Position numbers and translations under genes: made by a program. From NCBI RefSeq assembly GCF_009914755.1, contig NC_060940.1: DNA of 64,000 nucleotides. One strand, given 5' to 3'. Shown here one piece after another: positions 14,041 through 28,174 of this stretch (the stretch's first letter is position 1; every line of letters starts with the position of its first letter). This DNA is from the human T2T-CHM13v2.0 reference genome, Homo sapiens. A model generated the notes under the pieces. The model had not been told where the DNA came from, made no database searches, and worked only from the letters and a program-made list of their open reading frames with translations.

Positions 14041-14785
14041 CATGAACAGAGTAAGGGAGACACCATATGAAATTTGATTTATTATCCTCATCTTTTGTCT
14101 GAATACTCACTCTTGGTTTCAGTAGGTTCTTTCCAGCAATTGAGCTTCTCTTTAAGACTTCTGGAGTACTTATTAATGTAGTTATTTATTTTCGTGTGGC
14201 TTAACCTGTTGTCTGAATTAAGATTCTGATGTCTTATGTGGGAAAACACTCTTCCTGTCTAAACAGTAATGTCCAGAACAACTTCCAAATCCAAAACGGG
14301 ACTCTGAAATCCTTGTTCCTATCTCCAGGTGATTAATTAAAATGAAAGCATCATCAATAATGGAAGAATTACCTATTTAGAAAGTACATAATGGAGTTTC
14401 CCACTCTTGGAGCTTTATTACATGGTCTTATTCTTAAAAAAAAAAAAAAGAAAAGAAAAAAGAAAAGAAATCTCTACCTGTACAGTTTGTAGATACTTCC
14501 AATTTATTTAGATTGAATCATTGGATCAGAACAAATTACAGAGTTCAGAACTTTAAAAAATAACTTATAGTTGAATAAATTCACAATTTTAAGTTTGAGT
14601 TACATGATTATTCAAAATCTAAGAAGCTCATATTAAACTACCTGCATTCTATGGCTTGGCTAATTGTTGTCAGAATGTAAAGAATTTCCTCTAGTCATTC
14701 TTTTTCTCTTAAAATTATATTCCAGGTCTTAAGATAAATAAATATGGTTTATGTTTGATAAAAGTGAAGACTGAGATATTTTATA

Positions 14786-14984
14786 AAACAGGGAGGAAAA
14801 GGAGCAAATATAAAACCTCATTTACACATAAGGATGATCAATTCTTAATAACAAAACTCTCCAGAGTAAGTAACTTCGTTTGTAAACAGTGAGGAAAAGC
14901 AGCAAATATGAAACATCATTTACACATAAGGATGATCAATTCTTAATAACAAAACTCTCCGGAGTCAGTAACTTAGTTTGTAAA
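14786..14984. repeat. Tandem duplication, 2 x 98 bp (~93% identical)
   Basis: gaggaaaag...tttacacataaggatgatcaattcttaataacaaaactctcc...gtttgtaaa at 14793 and 14891. Confidence 0.95.
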
Positions 14985-15311
14985 AAGCAATGGCCTTGAC
15001 ATCAGGAAGTTTGAGTTCTAGACTCTGGTTGATAAACCATACATCCTGTAATCATTTCATAATAAGAAAAATTAAAAATTTGAGCAAAAGTGTATTTACT
15101 TACAGTTTAATAACATCGATGTAACATACTTCAAAAAATATCCCAATAAACTATGTTTCATTTTTTTCAGACTTAATTGTTTTCTATTATATTGTAAATA
15201 GCAGAGATCATGTCCATTAAAATTGAGCCCTCTGGGTCAGCATATAGTAGCTATTCAATAAATGTGCTGGTGAATTTTTCTTAAATTAATGAAGGAGTAA
15301 ATAAATGCTGG

Positions 15312-15600
15312 ATATAGAAATGAAGAAAGTTAGCTAGAAGGAATAAGATCTAGTGTTCTGTTGCACAATTTGGCAACTATAGTTAATAATAATGTATCGT
15401 TTATTTCAAAATAACCACAAGAGTGGAATTGGAATCCCTAATCAAAAATGTAAATGCTTGAGATGATTCATATCCTAATTACCCTGATTTGATCATTTCA
15501 CATTGTATGCTTATATCAAAATACCACACACAGCCCATAAATATATACAGCTATAATAGATACATAATAATTTTAAATGAAAAATGTTAAAAACAAATAA
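15312..15600 (+). mobile_element. L1MA 3' end
   Basis: gaataagatctagtgttc...ctaattaccctgatttgatcatt...cccataaatatatac. Confidence 0.8.
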
Positions 15601-17189
15601 ATAAATGAAGAAAGGAAGAAATAAAAATACAAACTTAATTTTATATTTGGGAGATATTTAATTGGTCAGTAACTTCATGGGATTGGGATTTGTTTTTCAA
15701 AACATAAACTATTGGTTTATGCATCTTCTATAGAATTTCTAAATGCTATATTTAAGATACCTTATCTAAAGTTTAATGACCTAATGTAGTATTTCAGGTG
15801 AAAACATTGTATAAGCTAAGCAATATATATAAATGAGTAGCCAGTAGCAAATGACTACTGCGCCAACCAGCTTTGCCTTTTCCCGCCAGGTATGTCTCCT
15901 ACCCTTCTTATTATTATCTTAATTCCAGGAGTAGCATGTGTGAGTACACCAGTGGCTTTCTCTGTCCTTGTGCTTCTGGGTGTGACAGGACATGGGACCC
16001 CCAGTTGGAGAGCAGAATAGGGAGTTGATTAAGGTCAGAATGCATATTTCATATTTTTGCATAGTCCATTAAAAATAAACTTTTTTGAAACTACTATATT
16101 TTGAAATTATCTTTTTCTTTGGACAGTGACTTATAAAGTGCCTATACCCTCAAAACCTCTAACCCCACTTCCTGGTCCCAAAATAGACTCTCCAGAAAAT
16201 TACTATAAGAGAAGCCTAATAAACTAAAAATACTGTGTAGATTGGTATGTTTTAATGTTTAGGATTCAAGTTCTGAGGGTGAAAAACCTTGTCTGAATTT
16301 TTTCATCATGAATTGTCAGGAGAAAACTGAGGCTTAGACAAGCTAAAATCCATTATCTAACTTGTGTTAACATTCATTGAATATGATCTAGATGCAAAAG
16401 GTTTGGCTAAGGACTTCTGCTTCTTGATGGTGTTGTTGGGCTTGCATATGATAAAATATGTGTTTATTTTAAAATTTAATTATTAAAAAAGCTGCTATAA
16501 AGGTAAAGTAATAATAATACTAATAAGCACTTTATTCTATGAAGCTTTGTTTTCATTAGCTTCCTTGTCATCAAGGAAATGTTAGTACATTCCAAAGAGG
16601 TGTTCAAAGAAACTTTAATGAAAAGTCAATTTACAAGATGTGATAGTAAAGCATCTTGGGATGCCACCACCAGCAAAAATGTAGATAAGAAGCAAGGGAG
16701 ACAGAGGGCAAGGAAACCCAGTATGTGTAGTTTGCAGACATCATCCTCCCAAAGCAGGAAGTAGAATAATGACAGTAGATTTAGAGACTCCACAGAGAAT
16801 TTGTAAAGTAGAATACATCTGTGAATTTGGACTCAAAAATTTCAAAATAATGATTGTTTGAAAACTATGTTGTAGATACAGACTCCTAAGAGATTTCCTA
16901 GAAGCTTATTAATTTCTAATTCTACCGCTAAGGACTTAAGACAGTTGGTGAACAACTCTTAGTGATATGTTCTCTAGTCTAGGCCCAATGGACCATCACC
17001 ATCTGAAGTCTGCTGATGAACAAATTGGTCTTTGAATTCATTTTTGGCAAAACAGTTGGATTGAAATAGAAGGTCATTTACCACTACTATACCCCCATCC
17101 CCATAATTCAAGGAAGTTTTTATAGAAATGTCCCAACTGATGAGTAGTGTCTTAGCCTCAACTTGTATAGAGGCAATGAGGTTTACCAT

Positions 17190-17357
17190 CATGGTGCTCT
17201 AATTTGGCTTCACTGGGATTCAATAAGAGTCTTTAAAAAATTCCAATATCCTGCTTGCATATTAGATAAATTAAATCAAAACCTCTTCAGAAAATATGTC
17301 AGTATTTATGAACTTCCTCAGGTGATTCTCAGATACATTAAAAGTCGGGAGCCATTG
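17190..17357. mobile_element. MER5A-like hAT element
   Basis: ctcaggtgattctcagatacattaaaagtcgggagccattg. Confidence 0.6.
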
Positions 17358-17365
17358 ATGTAATG

Positions 17366-17582
17366 CAGGATATCTCAACCTCAGCATTATTGATATTCAT
17401 GCCATATAATTCTTTGTTGTTGGGGGCTGTCCTGTGCCCTGGATGATGTTTAGCAGCATTCCTAGCCTTACCTACTAAATGACAGTAGTACTCTCCACCC
17501 CATAATATCAACCAAAAATGTCTCCAGACATTGTCAAATGTTTCCTGGGGCAAAGTTATTAATTCCCAGTTGAGAACCAATG
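17366..17582. mobile_element. MER20 hAT-Charlie element
   Basis: ataattctttgttgttgggggctgtcctgtgc...caaccaaaaatgtctccagacattg; 8-bp TSD atgtaatg/gtgtaatg. Confidence 0.9.
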
Positions 17583-18764
17583 GTGTAATGAACATAAGTA
17601 AGCAAACTCAGCTATGTCTGAATCCAATTCCTTCCACTGTGGGATTAAGCCCTCTCCCACTGATTAATTATCTGAACAATTTGAGGTCTTAGTTTATTCA
17701 TCTGTATTTTGAGAATGTGGTTTATAAAGTATGCAAAGCACCTGCTATGCCATAGTTAGTGTAAGATGTCAGTTATTATTCTGCTTAAAATTTTCAATGA
17801 TTAAGGAAAAACAGTTGATATTTTGAGTACTGGATGATATTTTGAAATGTACACATTTTTAACCTTGGCAAAAAAAGAAACAAAACACTGTTCTGAAAGT
17901 AGGCTAGGATTTTAAGATACAGAGATTCTGAAGTCACAGTCAGAGTGAATGCAGGATAAACTGCAAGGCTACGCAGCTTAAGACATCACTGCTATTACTG
18001 GAGAGTGATTCCCAGGCTAGCTTTATTTATCAATTATCAGGAAGATTGTGAGAGCACAGCATGTCTTTGTCAACCAGTGGTTTTACACTTGTTGGTCAAA
18101 AGATACATAAACCATAATATTACAAAATATACTTGCCTCTCTTCCAGAGTAAAACCTTTTACAGGACATACTAGAAGCACTAATTTTCCCAAGGTCCTTA
18201 GATAAATGGCTTGTGAGTGATTGTAACTTTGACTTAATTTTTGTCACCTGCATAACTGCAGTGGTTATCTTATTAAGTAAAATGGAATAAGCAAAAACAG
18301 AGGACTGATTTGTTTAGAAAAGAAATCTATTTTAGCATTTTGTTCTTATTTAAACCATGCATACTATGGTGTGGCTCATGACTGTTAACTAAGGGAATTC
18401 TTTTCACTTCAGATCAGGAAATGGGAGTGAATTTAATAAAAATAAATTATTAAACAGCTATTTTTGTCCCCTGAAGGTGGCCAAGGACATTCCGGTCTTA
18501 TGAGGATATGATTGGTCTAGCATGCAATCGTGTTGCCATATACAAATTTCATTCCACACTTTTAAAAAACTACTCTTTTAACATTTCTTCAATGCCTACC
18601 GAGTGATAGGAATCACTTTAGATACAGTGGATTCAATAATGATGTTGTTGGTTGAAGGGGGACACACAAATGTTTCTGTCCTTGTGAGATTCAATATTTT
18701 GAAGAAGTCATAAATTAATTAAATAACTAAACAAATAAATGTGAAATTCAAGCTGTGTTATTTT

Positions 18765-20970
18765 TTAAATAACATTTTTATTGAGATATGGTTCACATAC
18801 TATAGAATTATAGTATAAATTATATACTTTTAAAGTATGTAATTTAGTGGTTTTTACTGAACTCAAAGAGGTGTATATAACTACTGTCTAATTTTACAAC
18901 ACTTTCATGACTCCATTAAAAAAAAACCCATACACCTTAGCAGTCATTATTCATCATCCTCCCCTTTCCCGCTACAGCTTCTGGCAAAAATTAATATTCT
19001 TTCCATGTTTTACAGATTTTCTTTTTCTGGGCATTTCAGTTAAATGAATTTATACAATATATAGTCTTTTTGTCTTTCTTCTTCCACTTAATATGATATT
19101 TTCAAAGTGTATCTGTGTTGTACCATGTATCAATACTTCATTCCATTTCTTGGTTGAAAAATATTCGGTTGCATGAATATGCTATATTGTGTTGATTCAT
19201 TCATCAGTTTATAGATATTTGGGTTGTTTCCACTTTTGGGCTACAATGAATAGTTCCGCTATTAATATTGATGTAGATGTATGTTTTAAATTATTTTGAG
19301 TGTATTCCTATGAGTTCAATTGCTTAGTGATAAGAAACTCATGTTTAACATTTTTAGTTTTCTGAAATGAATGTGTCATTGCTAAGTCCCACCAGTGGCA
19401 TACACAGACTCCACTTCTCCACATCTTCACCAACCTTTGTCATCTCAGTGTGTGTCTTGTGGTTTTGAGTTGTTTTCTCTAAAGACTAATAATGAGCATT
19501 TCTTCATGTGTTTATTGGCTATTTAAATCTTTCTAGGGGAATATCTATTAAAATTGTTTGCCTGTTTTTTATTGGGTTATTTATCATTTTGTAATTGAGT
19601 TGAAGGAGTTTTGTTAAATATTGATACAAGTCCTTTGTCAGATATATGACTTGCAAAGTTTTTTTTTTTTCTTATTTGTTTGGTTGTCTTTTCTTTTTTT
19701 TGAGGTTTATCCTTTGGGGCATAATATTTTTAATATAGATGGAATCCAATATATCTATGATTTCTTTTATTGCTTGTGTTTTAGTGTCATATGTAAGAAA
19801 ACATTGTCTAATCCAAATTTAAAATCAGGAATATTGTTTTTCCTCTAAATGCTGCCTTACCTGTATTTCATAAATTTGTGTATGTAGTGTTCTGTGTTCA
19901 TTTATCTCAAAATGTTTTCTAATTTATCTTACTTCTCCTTTACTCATTGATTACTTAGGAGAGTGTTGTTTAATTTCTATGTATTTGTGAATTTCCCCAA
20001 TTTTTTTCTCATATTGCTATTTCATTTTTTTCTAGTAAAAGAACATTTTTATATTAATTCAACCACTTGTAATTTCTTTATTTTGCTTCTTATAGTGTAT
20101 CTTAGATAATATTCTTTCTTCACTTGGGAAGAATGTATATTCTCCTGTTGAGTGTGGTGTTGTGTGAGTTATCTGTTAAGACTAAAGGTTTTATAGTGTT
20201 GTTTAAGTCTTTTTTATCTTTGTTAACTTCTTAGTATCTGTGGTATATGTTATTGAAAGTAGAGTAATGGTATCTGTGTGTGAATCTCTGAGTTATCTCA
20301 CTTGAAGTCTGTGGAGCTCTTGGATATGTACATTAATGTTTTTCATAAAATGCATCAAGTTTTCAGAAATTATTTCTTTAAATATCTTTTCTGTTGTGTT
20401 CTCCTTTTCTTCACTTTTTGGGATTTCCACCATTTATATATTGTTGTCTTTGAAGCTATTCTAATGGTTTGATGCTCTACTCATTTATTTTTCATTTTTT
20501 TCTATTCTTTGTATTACATAATATCTACCAACCTATCTTCAAGTTCACAATCCTTTTCTCTGCTAGTTCATAACTACTATTGAGCCACTGTAGTGAATTT
20601 TTCATTTCAGTCATTGTACCTAATGAATCTAGAATTTCCATTTTTTCTTTTTGGTTTGTAATTTCTCTCTGTTTCTTATCTGTTTGGCAATACATTGTTC
20701 TTATATTTTAATTCTTAGACAGTTTTCTTTAGTTATTTTTAAAACATATTTATAATAACTTATTTAAAGTCTGTCTAGTAAGTACAGTGTGGGCTTCCTC
20801 AGGAACAGTGTGTATTGGCTGACTTTGTGTGTGTCGGGGGACACTATACTATTTTATTTCATGTTTTATATTTTTTGTTAAATATTGGACATTGTCATTA
20901 ATATGATGCGGTAAATCTAAGAATTAGATTCCCTTCCCCAGTCTCCAGGGTTTGTTACTGTTGCTGTCAA
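18765..20970 (-). mobile_element. Old L1M (MC/MD-like) fragments
   Basis: T-rich antisense L1 motifs: ttgggttgtttccacttttggg; gagcatttcttcatgtgtttattggc; acctatcttcaagttcac. Confidence 0.75.
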
Positions 20971-22689
20971 TGAAATTTTCATCTGAGGTGTGATTGGAGA
21001 AACGGGGCAACATTCCAAAACATGGGGCCGAAATTCACTGTAGGTGCACCATTTGTGTAGTTCTCTGCTAGGCCTTGGGAACATAAATAGAACTAATTTA
21101 TCTAGGAATATAATGATCTAATGAGTTGAGAGGTTTAGAATGATTGTTATTCAGTCCATTGTGGTATGTGTCACCTTGAGAGAAAATGTGCCACCATGGC
21201 GTTTCAGATGCAGCCATCTCTATTTCTGTCTGTAGAAGTGTAGGTCCTGGGAGTTAAGAAAGCCTCTACAATGGCACTGTTCCCTAAGGAAAAACTGGAT
21301 TTTCTGCTTGCACAAGAAACAAGGTATTATCAGGATATTCAAGATAGAAGAGAACCATATATGTGGAGCCATAGAGGTAGAAGTGGCCAAGGGGTCACAT
21401 GGAAAGAACTGAGTTTGGAAAAGGTGGAAATGGCAATTTGGGTTATTGCCTTGATATACTTTATGTAAAACTAAAATTCACTGGAATCCTTGTCTTATCG
21501 ATGGTGAAGTTGGAGTAGTAAATTGGACCAGTGTCTGTCTATACTTTATGTAAAAAAGACACTTTTTGAAGATTAACTATATTAAAGAAACTTTACATTG
21601 CCAATACAAAATAGCCATATAAATTGGAAAAGATGGCAGCTCACTCAACCTGCAGATTTTCATTTCTCTTTTTCATTGTTTTCTAATGATATAAAAGAAA
21701 TGCAGAGTGGCATAGTAATTGAGAATGTAGCTGGCAAGTATAAGCAAGACAAAAAAGAGGCAAGAGAAATAGGAAGCTTTCAGTCTCAGGATATAACAAT
21801 TTTAATGAAATGATATTATGGAGATACAGAGATATTTTTAGAAAACTGAGTGGGAGTTTCTGACCTCTAATTTGCAGGTTAAAGCTATATACATAAGTTT
21901 AGTAAATATCTAGGGAACAGAAACAACCAAAAACTGAAAAATTATTAAAGGTTGTTGTATTACATATGAAAATTGTTGTATTTATAATTGGCTTATTTTG
22001 TGCTGACAGGATTATTTATTATAAGATAGGTTTTCAGTAAAGAAAGTTCAATGGGCTCAGTAATAAAGTTAAACATAAGAAAAGCAATTATTTTTTCTTT
22101 GCATTAACTGTTTATACCTCCCAGCTGTGCATGGAGTTGGGGAAGAAGCAGTCCCACAGAAACACTGTTTTAGGTCTGAAGAATGTGTGTGCGTGTGTGT
22201 GTGACCTCAGGAAATAGTTGCCTTTCTTACAGATTTATTTTTTTGTAATCCCCTTCTCTTAAGTACTGGAATCTGTTATCTCAGACAAGTATATACAGCA
22301 TAGCAAAAGACTCTAAGTTCTCTGCAGACTTAGACTGGATAGCAAGTCACTCTGACAACACAGGAAGAGAGAGCGGTACTGCAATCCTGAAAATAAGGTG
22401 AGAAGGAAGAATTGCCATTTTATAAAAAGTAAATAAGGTGGAGAAAGGACAATGATAGATGAACTTTCACACCACGTTCAATCTCTAAGATCAATGGAAT
22501 TACAGTTCTTATTGCAAGGTAGAAAATGTGTTTTTGTTAATGTTAAAATAAGTATAAGTTAGAGCCCAGTTGTTCAAGAATCTTAAGTCCAATAATTCTA
22601 GGTAAGAGCTTTATTCTGGAAGTAAATGGAGTCCCTGATAATTTTTTTTTTAAGAGGAAGGATAATAATAGGAAAAAAGCAAAAAACAT

Positions 22690-23022
22690 GGCCAGGCACA
22701 GTAGCTCATTCCTGTAATCCCAGCAATTTGGGTGGCTGAAGTGGGAGGATTGCTTGAGCCCAGGAGTTTGAGACCAGCCTGAGCAACACAGTGAGTTCCC
22801 ATCTCTATAAATGAATGAATGAATAAATAAATAAATAAATAAATAAATAAATTAGCTGCCTGTGATGGTATGCACCTGTGGTCCCAGCTGCTCAGGAGGC
22901 TGAGGTGGGAAGATTGCTTGAGTCCAGAGATTGCAGTTAGCTGTCATTGCACCACAGCACTCCAGCCTGAGTGACAGAGTAAGATACTGTCTCAAAAAAT
23001 AAAATAAAACAAACAAACAAAA
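22690..23022 (+). mobile_element. AluJ with (AATG)/(AAAT)n in the linker
   Basis: ggaggattgcttgagcccaggagtttgagaccagcc; the middle A-rich region has expanded into a tetranucleotide repeat. Confidence 0.92.
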
Positions 23023-23182
23023 AGCAACCTGTTCAGCTTCTTTTCCTATAAAAGAAAAGTGGCTGAAGGGTCAAGAAAACAAAAATCAACAATCAACAGA
23101 AAAATCTGTGTCTAATATTTTAAACTAAGCATTCTCAGTGACCTTAAATCTTCCTTTTGTTTATATTTTATTAGTTAAAAAG

Positions 23183-23321
23183 TGGGAGAAAGAAATGAAA
23201 GAAAGGAAGGGAAACGGGAGAAAGACAAGGAGGAAGGAAGAAAAGGAGGAAGGAAGAAAGGAAGAAAAGAAGGAAACAAGGAAGGAAGGAAGGAAGGAAG
23301 AACAAGGAAAGGAAAGGAAAA
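23183..23321 (+). repeat. GA-rich (GGAA)n-like tract
   Basis: Seen directly. Confidence 0.85.
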
Positions 23322-26300
23322 GTCATTGAATTCTATCAGAATACAGAGAATTCACAAAAGAAAAAAATAAGTTATTAGGAAAAAAGTAATTTCATTTTTA
23401 TTCATTTATTTCAGCAGCATTATGTCTTAGAGGTATTGCAGGATAACAGTAATAGGATGACTTTAGAGTCAGAAATACCTGTTGGAATTTTATTCCTAAG
23501 TTTTCTTATTTATATATTATAAATTAGTTAAAATCTGAATGTAGGAAAATTGCTGTGCTTTTGTTATCCACCCCACCACCCATACATGCGTACACATCAC
23601 ACACCAATTTGACTTTTAAAAGCCTTATGTAAATGATTTAGTGAATAAATAGATTCAGAGAGGTTAAAAAAAAAACCTGGCATAGCGTCAAAATAAGATT
23701 AACATTTAGTGAATACAGCAGAATTTTGTTGTTCATTGTCTGTCTCTCTCACAATACTGTAAGTCCGTAGATGGCAGACAATACAGCACTTTTGTTTAGG
23801 GATCTTACCCAGGTATCTAGAACAATGCGTACCATAGAGTAAGATGGCAATAAATATTTGTTCAACTAGTGAATGACTGGATATGTCAAGAGAATATATA
23901 TTTACATCTCATATCTTTTTGCTCTATTACTATCTTTAAAAATAAACGTTAACAATTTTATAATGTTAAAATATGTAATATTTTGATTCAATGTTTAGAA
24001 AGCCTGTATTTTATGCTTTACTACAAGAAGAGAAGGAGGCATGGTTAAGGAAAATGCTCTCCAACTACACCTTAAGGTTATTTGACTTAAAGTCCATGTG
24101 AGTCTTGATTTTCAATTGCCCTCTGACCTTTTAATTGGACTCTCTTTTATTAAAGAGATAGATAGTCATGCATTCTTGTTACTGAGCTAAGCTTGTTGTT
24201 TTTCTGCAGCTGGGGAGGAGAGTCAGCAAGACAGTGGATTTTCTAATAAATTCAAAATCATTTTTTCTGGAATGAGCCAATATTTTTATTGGGTCATGTA
24301 TCTAACAGACATGGTAGCATATGATACCCAAATGAAATCTTCTCACAAATCACCACTTACTGATTCATGCAGGGAAAGCCAATTAGGATACCCTAAGTGA
24401 AAGATATAAGGTGGAGGGAGAGGTCGAGGGCCTGTCTATGCTGCAGCACATTTCCAAGAGCCCACCTGGAAGGGAGATTAAATTAGGCTCCCTTTGGAGG
24501 AAATTAGGATTCTTTAAGACTCTAAATGTAGCTGGATATTAGAATGGAGGTCTAATCTTAAACCCAATTTAGAGAACATTAGCCTGCCTTTCTTGAGCCC
24601 ACGTCTCCAAACGTGAAGCAAAAAATTTTCTGCTAATGAAGGCAAAGACTTCAAGCAGAGGTCATTTCAAATCTGCAGGCAGAGGACAGAGGGTTCCTTT
24701 TCTGTCTCCATCGGGCAGCTTTTGCTGGTGATGTTGTTCCCAGGCTTGCTTGACAGCCATCTGCATGGGACACTTCCCTGCATAGGAAGTACAAGAAGGA
24801 ATGGAAGTCTCATTACTGAATGATCCTGTGCTTTCTCAAGATTTGGAAAATGTCAAGGTATTTTCTCTTCTGCATAATGCTGATGGGCTCTTAATTTGAG
24901 GCGTGGATAAGAGAAAGAGAAATTCATATAGAGAATTGTTCTTGACCACACTGATTACTTAGATATTTTGCCTTCTGCTTTCTTTGTGATTAATTGGATG
25001 AGGGAAGGATCATGTAGCTTAATAGCATCCAGGGCAAATATTTGCCAGACACAAAAATGGGAATGATAACCCCTGCCCTGACTACGACAATGGTTGTCAT
25101 AGGATTCGGTAATTTAATAAGCAAAGTTCAATAATTAGGATGCAAAGCACAAACATCAAAATATACAAAACATTCCCATCTATTTGCATCATGAATCAAA
25201 GCATCCTGAAAACCTTTGGAGCAAAAGTCATCACTTTCAAGAACCAGAGAGGTGTGTATGAGAGAGAGAGAAGGGATGGAGGGAGCGAGAGAGGGAGGTA
25301 TAAAAAGAGAGGAAATATTTAGGGAGCAAGGCTGAATGTAAACCCATGAAAGCGTTTTGCAAGTCCTAAATTGGTAATAATTTCTATAACACATTAATTT
25401 TTCTTTAAACAGCCTTGGGCACCTAGAAGAATTTTAGTATCTTACTCCCCTGCATTTCAGTGAGATGCTTGTAAATTCATTTTGCCTTATTATGGATAAT
25501 ATGCATGCCAGGAGGGAATTTATTTTTTAACTGCGGTTGGTCTTCCATTCAAAGTTGTAATGCCGCTCTGATTTTATGGGCCATGAAATATAGTTTCCAC
25601 AGCCACCTCCTTCCTGTCTCAGCCTCACTTACACTACTGGTCCATTTCTTTCTTGTTGGACATCAAAGAACACAGTTTTAAACCAAAATTTTGCCTCTCT
25701 TACATGTTTAAGGAAAAATAATATTTCCTAAGCCTTTATTCATTGACATTGTTTCCATATTCTCCATATATACAACTACCATTTGTAGAGTATTTGCAAT
25801 GTGCCAGGCAGCACACTGAAAATTTACAAAATTATTTCTTTAAATTGGTGCCATTTGGGGCAGTAGTCATCATAAGCCTTAACTTACAAAGGAGAAAGAA
25901 ACAAAGGGTGGAAGAGTTTAAACAAGAGTTTGAAAATGGCGAATAATGGCTTCTAATTCAGGTCTAGCTCCACCTCCTTAACACCTTACCATGCTGCCTC
26001 CTCTTACAACAAACCTCTTTCATGTACAGTTACAAACTCTAATTTCTCATCTTATATATTTTTTTAATTTCATAATTCATGGTTACTGAAACTTGAAATC
26101 TCATATTCTCCTTAAAGAATTACTGAGGTAAATTTGTCCATAAATTCGTCTTTAGCTATATAAGAATAATTGATACCAAAATTTTTCCTTGTAGCTGAAA
26201 ATCCACATAACTATCCATTAATTCTCATTATAATTAATGTAAAAATGCAGTGTTACTATTAATGGATGTAATTACATACTGTAGATAACTGTAAACTCTA

Positions 26301-26616
26301 TCATTATACTAATGAAATGTAAAACAGTCTCAAAGCAACTAGGAACTTGATAGCAGCTGAAACATCAGGTAACAGCATTTCACCATTTATTGGAGACTGG
26401 CATAATGCTTGTAATATATTTGAGAACCAGTTCTGTGCCAAATGCAGGTGATGTTTTTAAGAGATTAAATACAGTATTGAAACAGAGACATAAAGGAGTA
26501 CGCCATAAAGAGTTTTACTTCAAAATACTCAGGGAAAAAAAAAAGAAGAAGAAGAATCATTATGGGGCAAGACAAGGTTGAGTGCTCCAGGGTAGATTGC
26601 CAATAGATCCTTCCTT

Positions 26617-26640
26617 TTTTTTTCTTTTTATTTATTTATT

Positions 26641-26680
<40 letters not shown>

Positions 26681-26940
26681 CTTTAAGTTCTAGGGTACAT
26701 GTGCACAATGTGCAGGTTTGTTACATACGTATACATGTGCCATGTTGGTGTGGGGCACCCATTAACTGGTCATTTACATTAGGTATATCTCCTAATGCTT
26801 TCCCTCCCCCCTCCCCCATCCCACAACAGGCCCCTGTGTGTGACGTTCCCCTTCCTGTATCCAAGTGTTCTCATTGTTCAATTCCCACCTATGAGTGAGA
26901 ACTTGTTGTGTTTGGTTTTTTGTCCTTGCCTCATTCTCAG
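26617..26940 (-). mobile_element. 5'-truncated L1PA (about PA4-5) with (TA)n tail
   Basis: attatactttaagttctagggtacatgtgcac...cccacctatgagtgagaac; TSD AGATCCTTCCTT at 26605-26616 and 26939-26950. Confidence 0.93.
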
Positions 26941-27264
26941 ATCCTTCCTTAAATAAGCTAACATCAGAGTCTTTTTTTAAAATCATTTCAAACCGTAAGT
27001 AACTGCAACAGTGTCTGCCTCCTGCTGTGGTATATAAATGCATTTGTTTAGGGACAGCTCTGGTGGCCATACCTCTCCAAACTCCTCTCCTCTTTGATTC
27101 TTTGCTTCTTTGGCAGAATCCTCCTTCAGATCTGGAACATCTCATACATTCACTCGGGTCTCTGCACAAACACCCTCTCTTCCAAGAGGATACTGGCCTC
27201 CCTTGACTACTCTATCTAAACTCCCCTCCCTCCCCTCATCACTCTCACTACATTTAACCTCATT

Positions 27265-27441
27265 TTTCGTTTTCTTTGTTGTTGCTGTTGTTGTTGTTGC
27301 TTTTAGAGACAGGGTCTTGCTCTTTCTGTCACCCAGGCTGGAGGACAGTGGCACAATCATAGCTCACTGTGACCTTGACCTCCTGGGCTCAAGTGATCCT
27401 CCTGCCCTGGGAGATTACAGGTGCCCGCTACCAAGCCCGGC
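27265..27441 (-). mobile_element. Partial AluJ/FLAM-like element
   Basis: agagacagggtcttgctc...ctcctgggctcaagtgatcctcctgcc. Confidence 0.85.
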
Positions 27442-28174
27442 CCTTTTTGTTTTCTTTAAGTCATTTTATTTTACTTTGTTTTTCAATTTGTTTGTTTGTT
27501 TGTTCATTTATTGTCTGTAACCTGTGCTTGACTGAAAGCCCCATGAAGAGAGAGACCACGTTGGTCTTGCTCACCTAAGCATTCCCAGCCTTTGGCACAG
27601 TGGCTAGACCATAACGAAATTAACAAATATTTTCATTTTTTTCTATTAGAATGAATGAATGATCCATTAGTTATTCCCTCTTATTACTAATGAGAATATG
27701 ATGCCGAGTCAAAGACCAGTTCCTCTCCATCTTCTCTGGACTACAGCCTCTCTCCACCCCTTCCACCTGTTCAGGGATTTTGATCCTACAGTTTGGTCAT
27801 TTCTCTCAATCCCCAGTTATCAAACTCTCTTTATTTATTGGTCTATCCTAAATAACATAGGGTATGATCCCATTTCTCTAATATATACAAATATAAACAT
27901 TAAAATATGATCCTATGGTCCCATATATTTTTATAATCCATTATCTGAAGAAATTTGCTCTGAAGGTAAGCAAAAATATGTGTATAACTACTGTCTATAT
28001 TTCCTAAGATCCCATTTTTTTCTTTCATCCACTTATTTGGTTTAATCTACGTGGTTCAATCCAGTCTACTGCTCTGACTGTGTGATTGCAAGGGTCACTG
28101 GAGGCAAATTCAATAGATGTTTTGCATCTGCACCTCACTAGATTATTAAGGATTTTTAGCTAAGTAGACCACTG

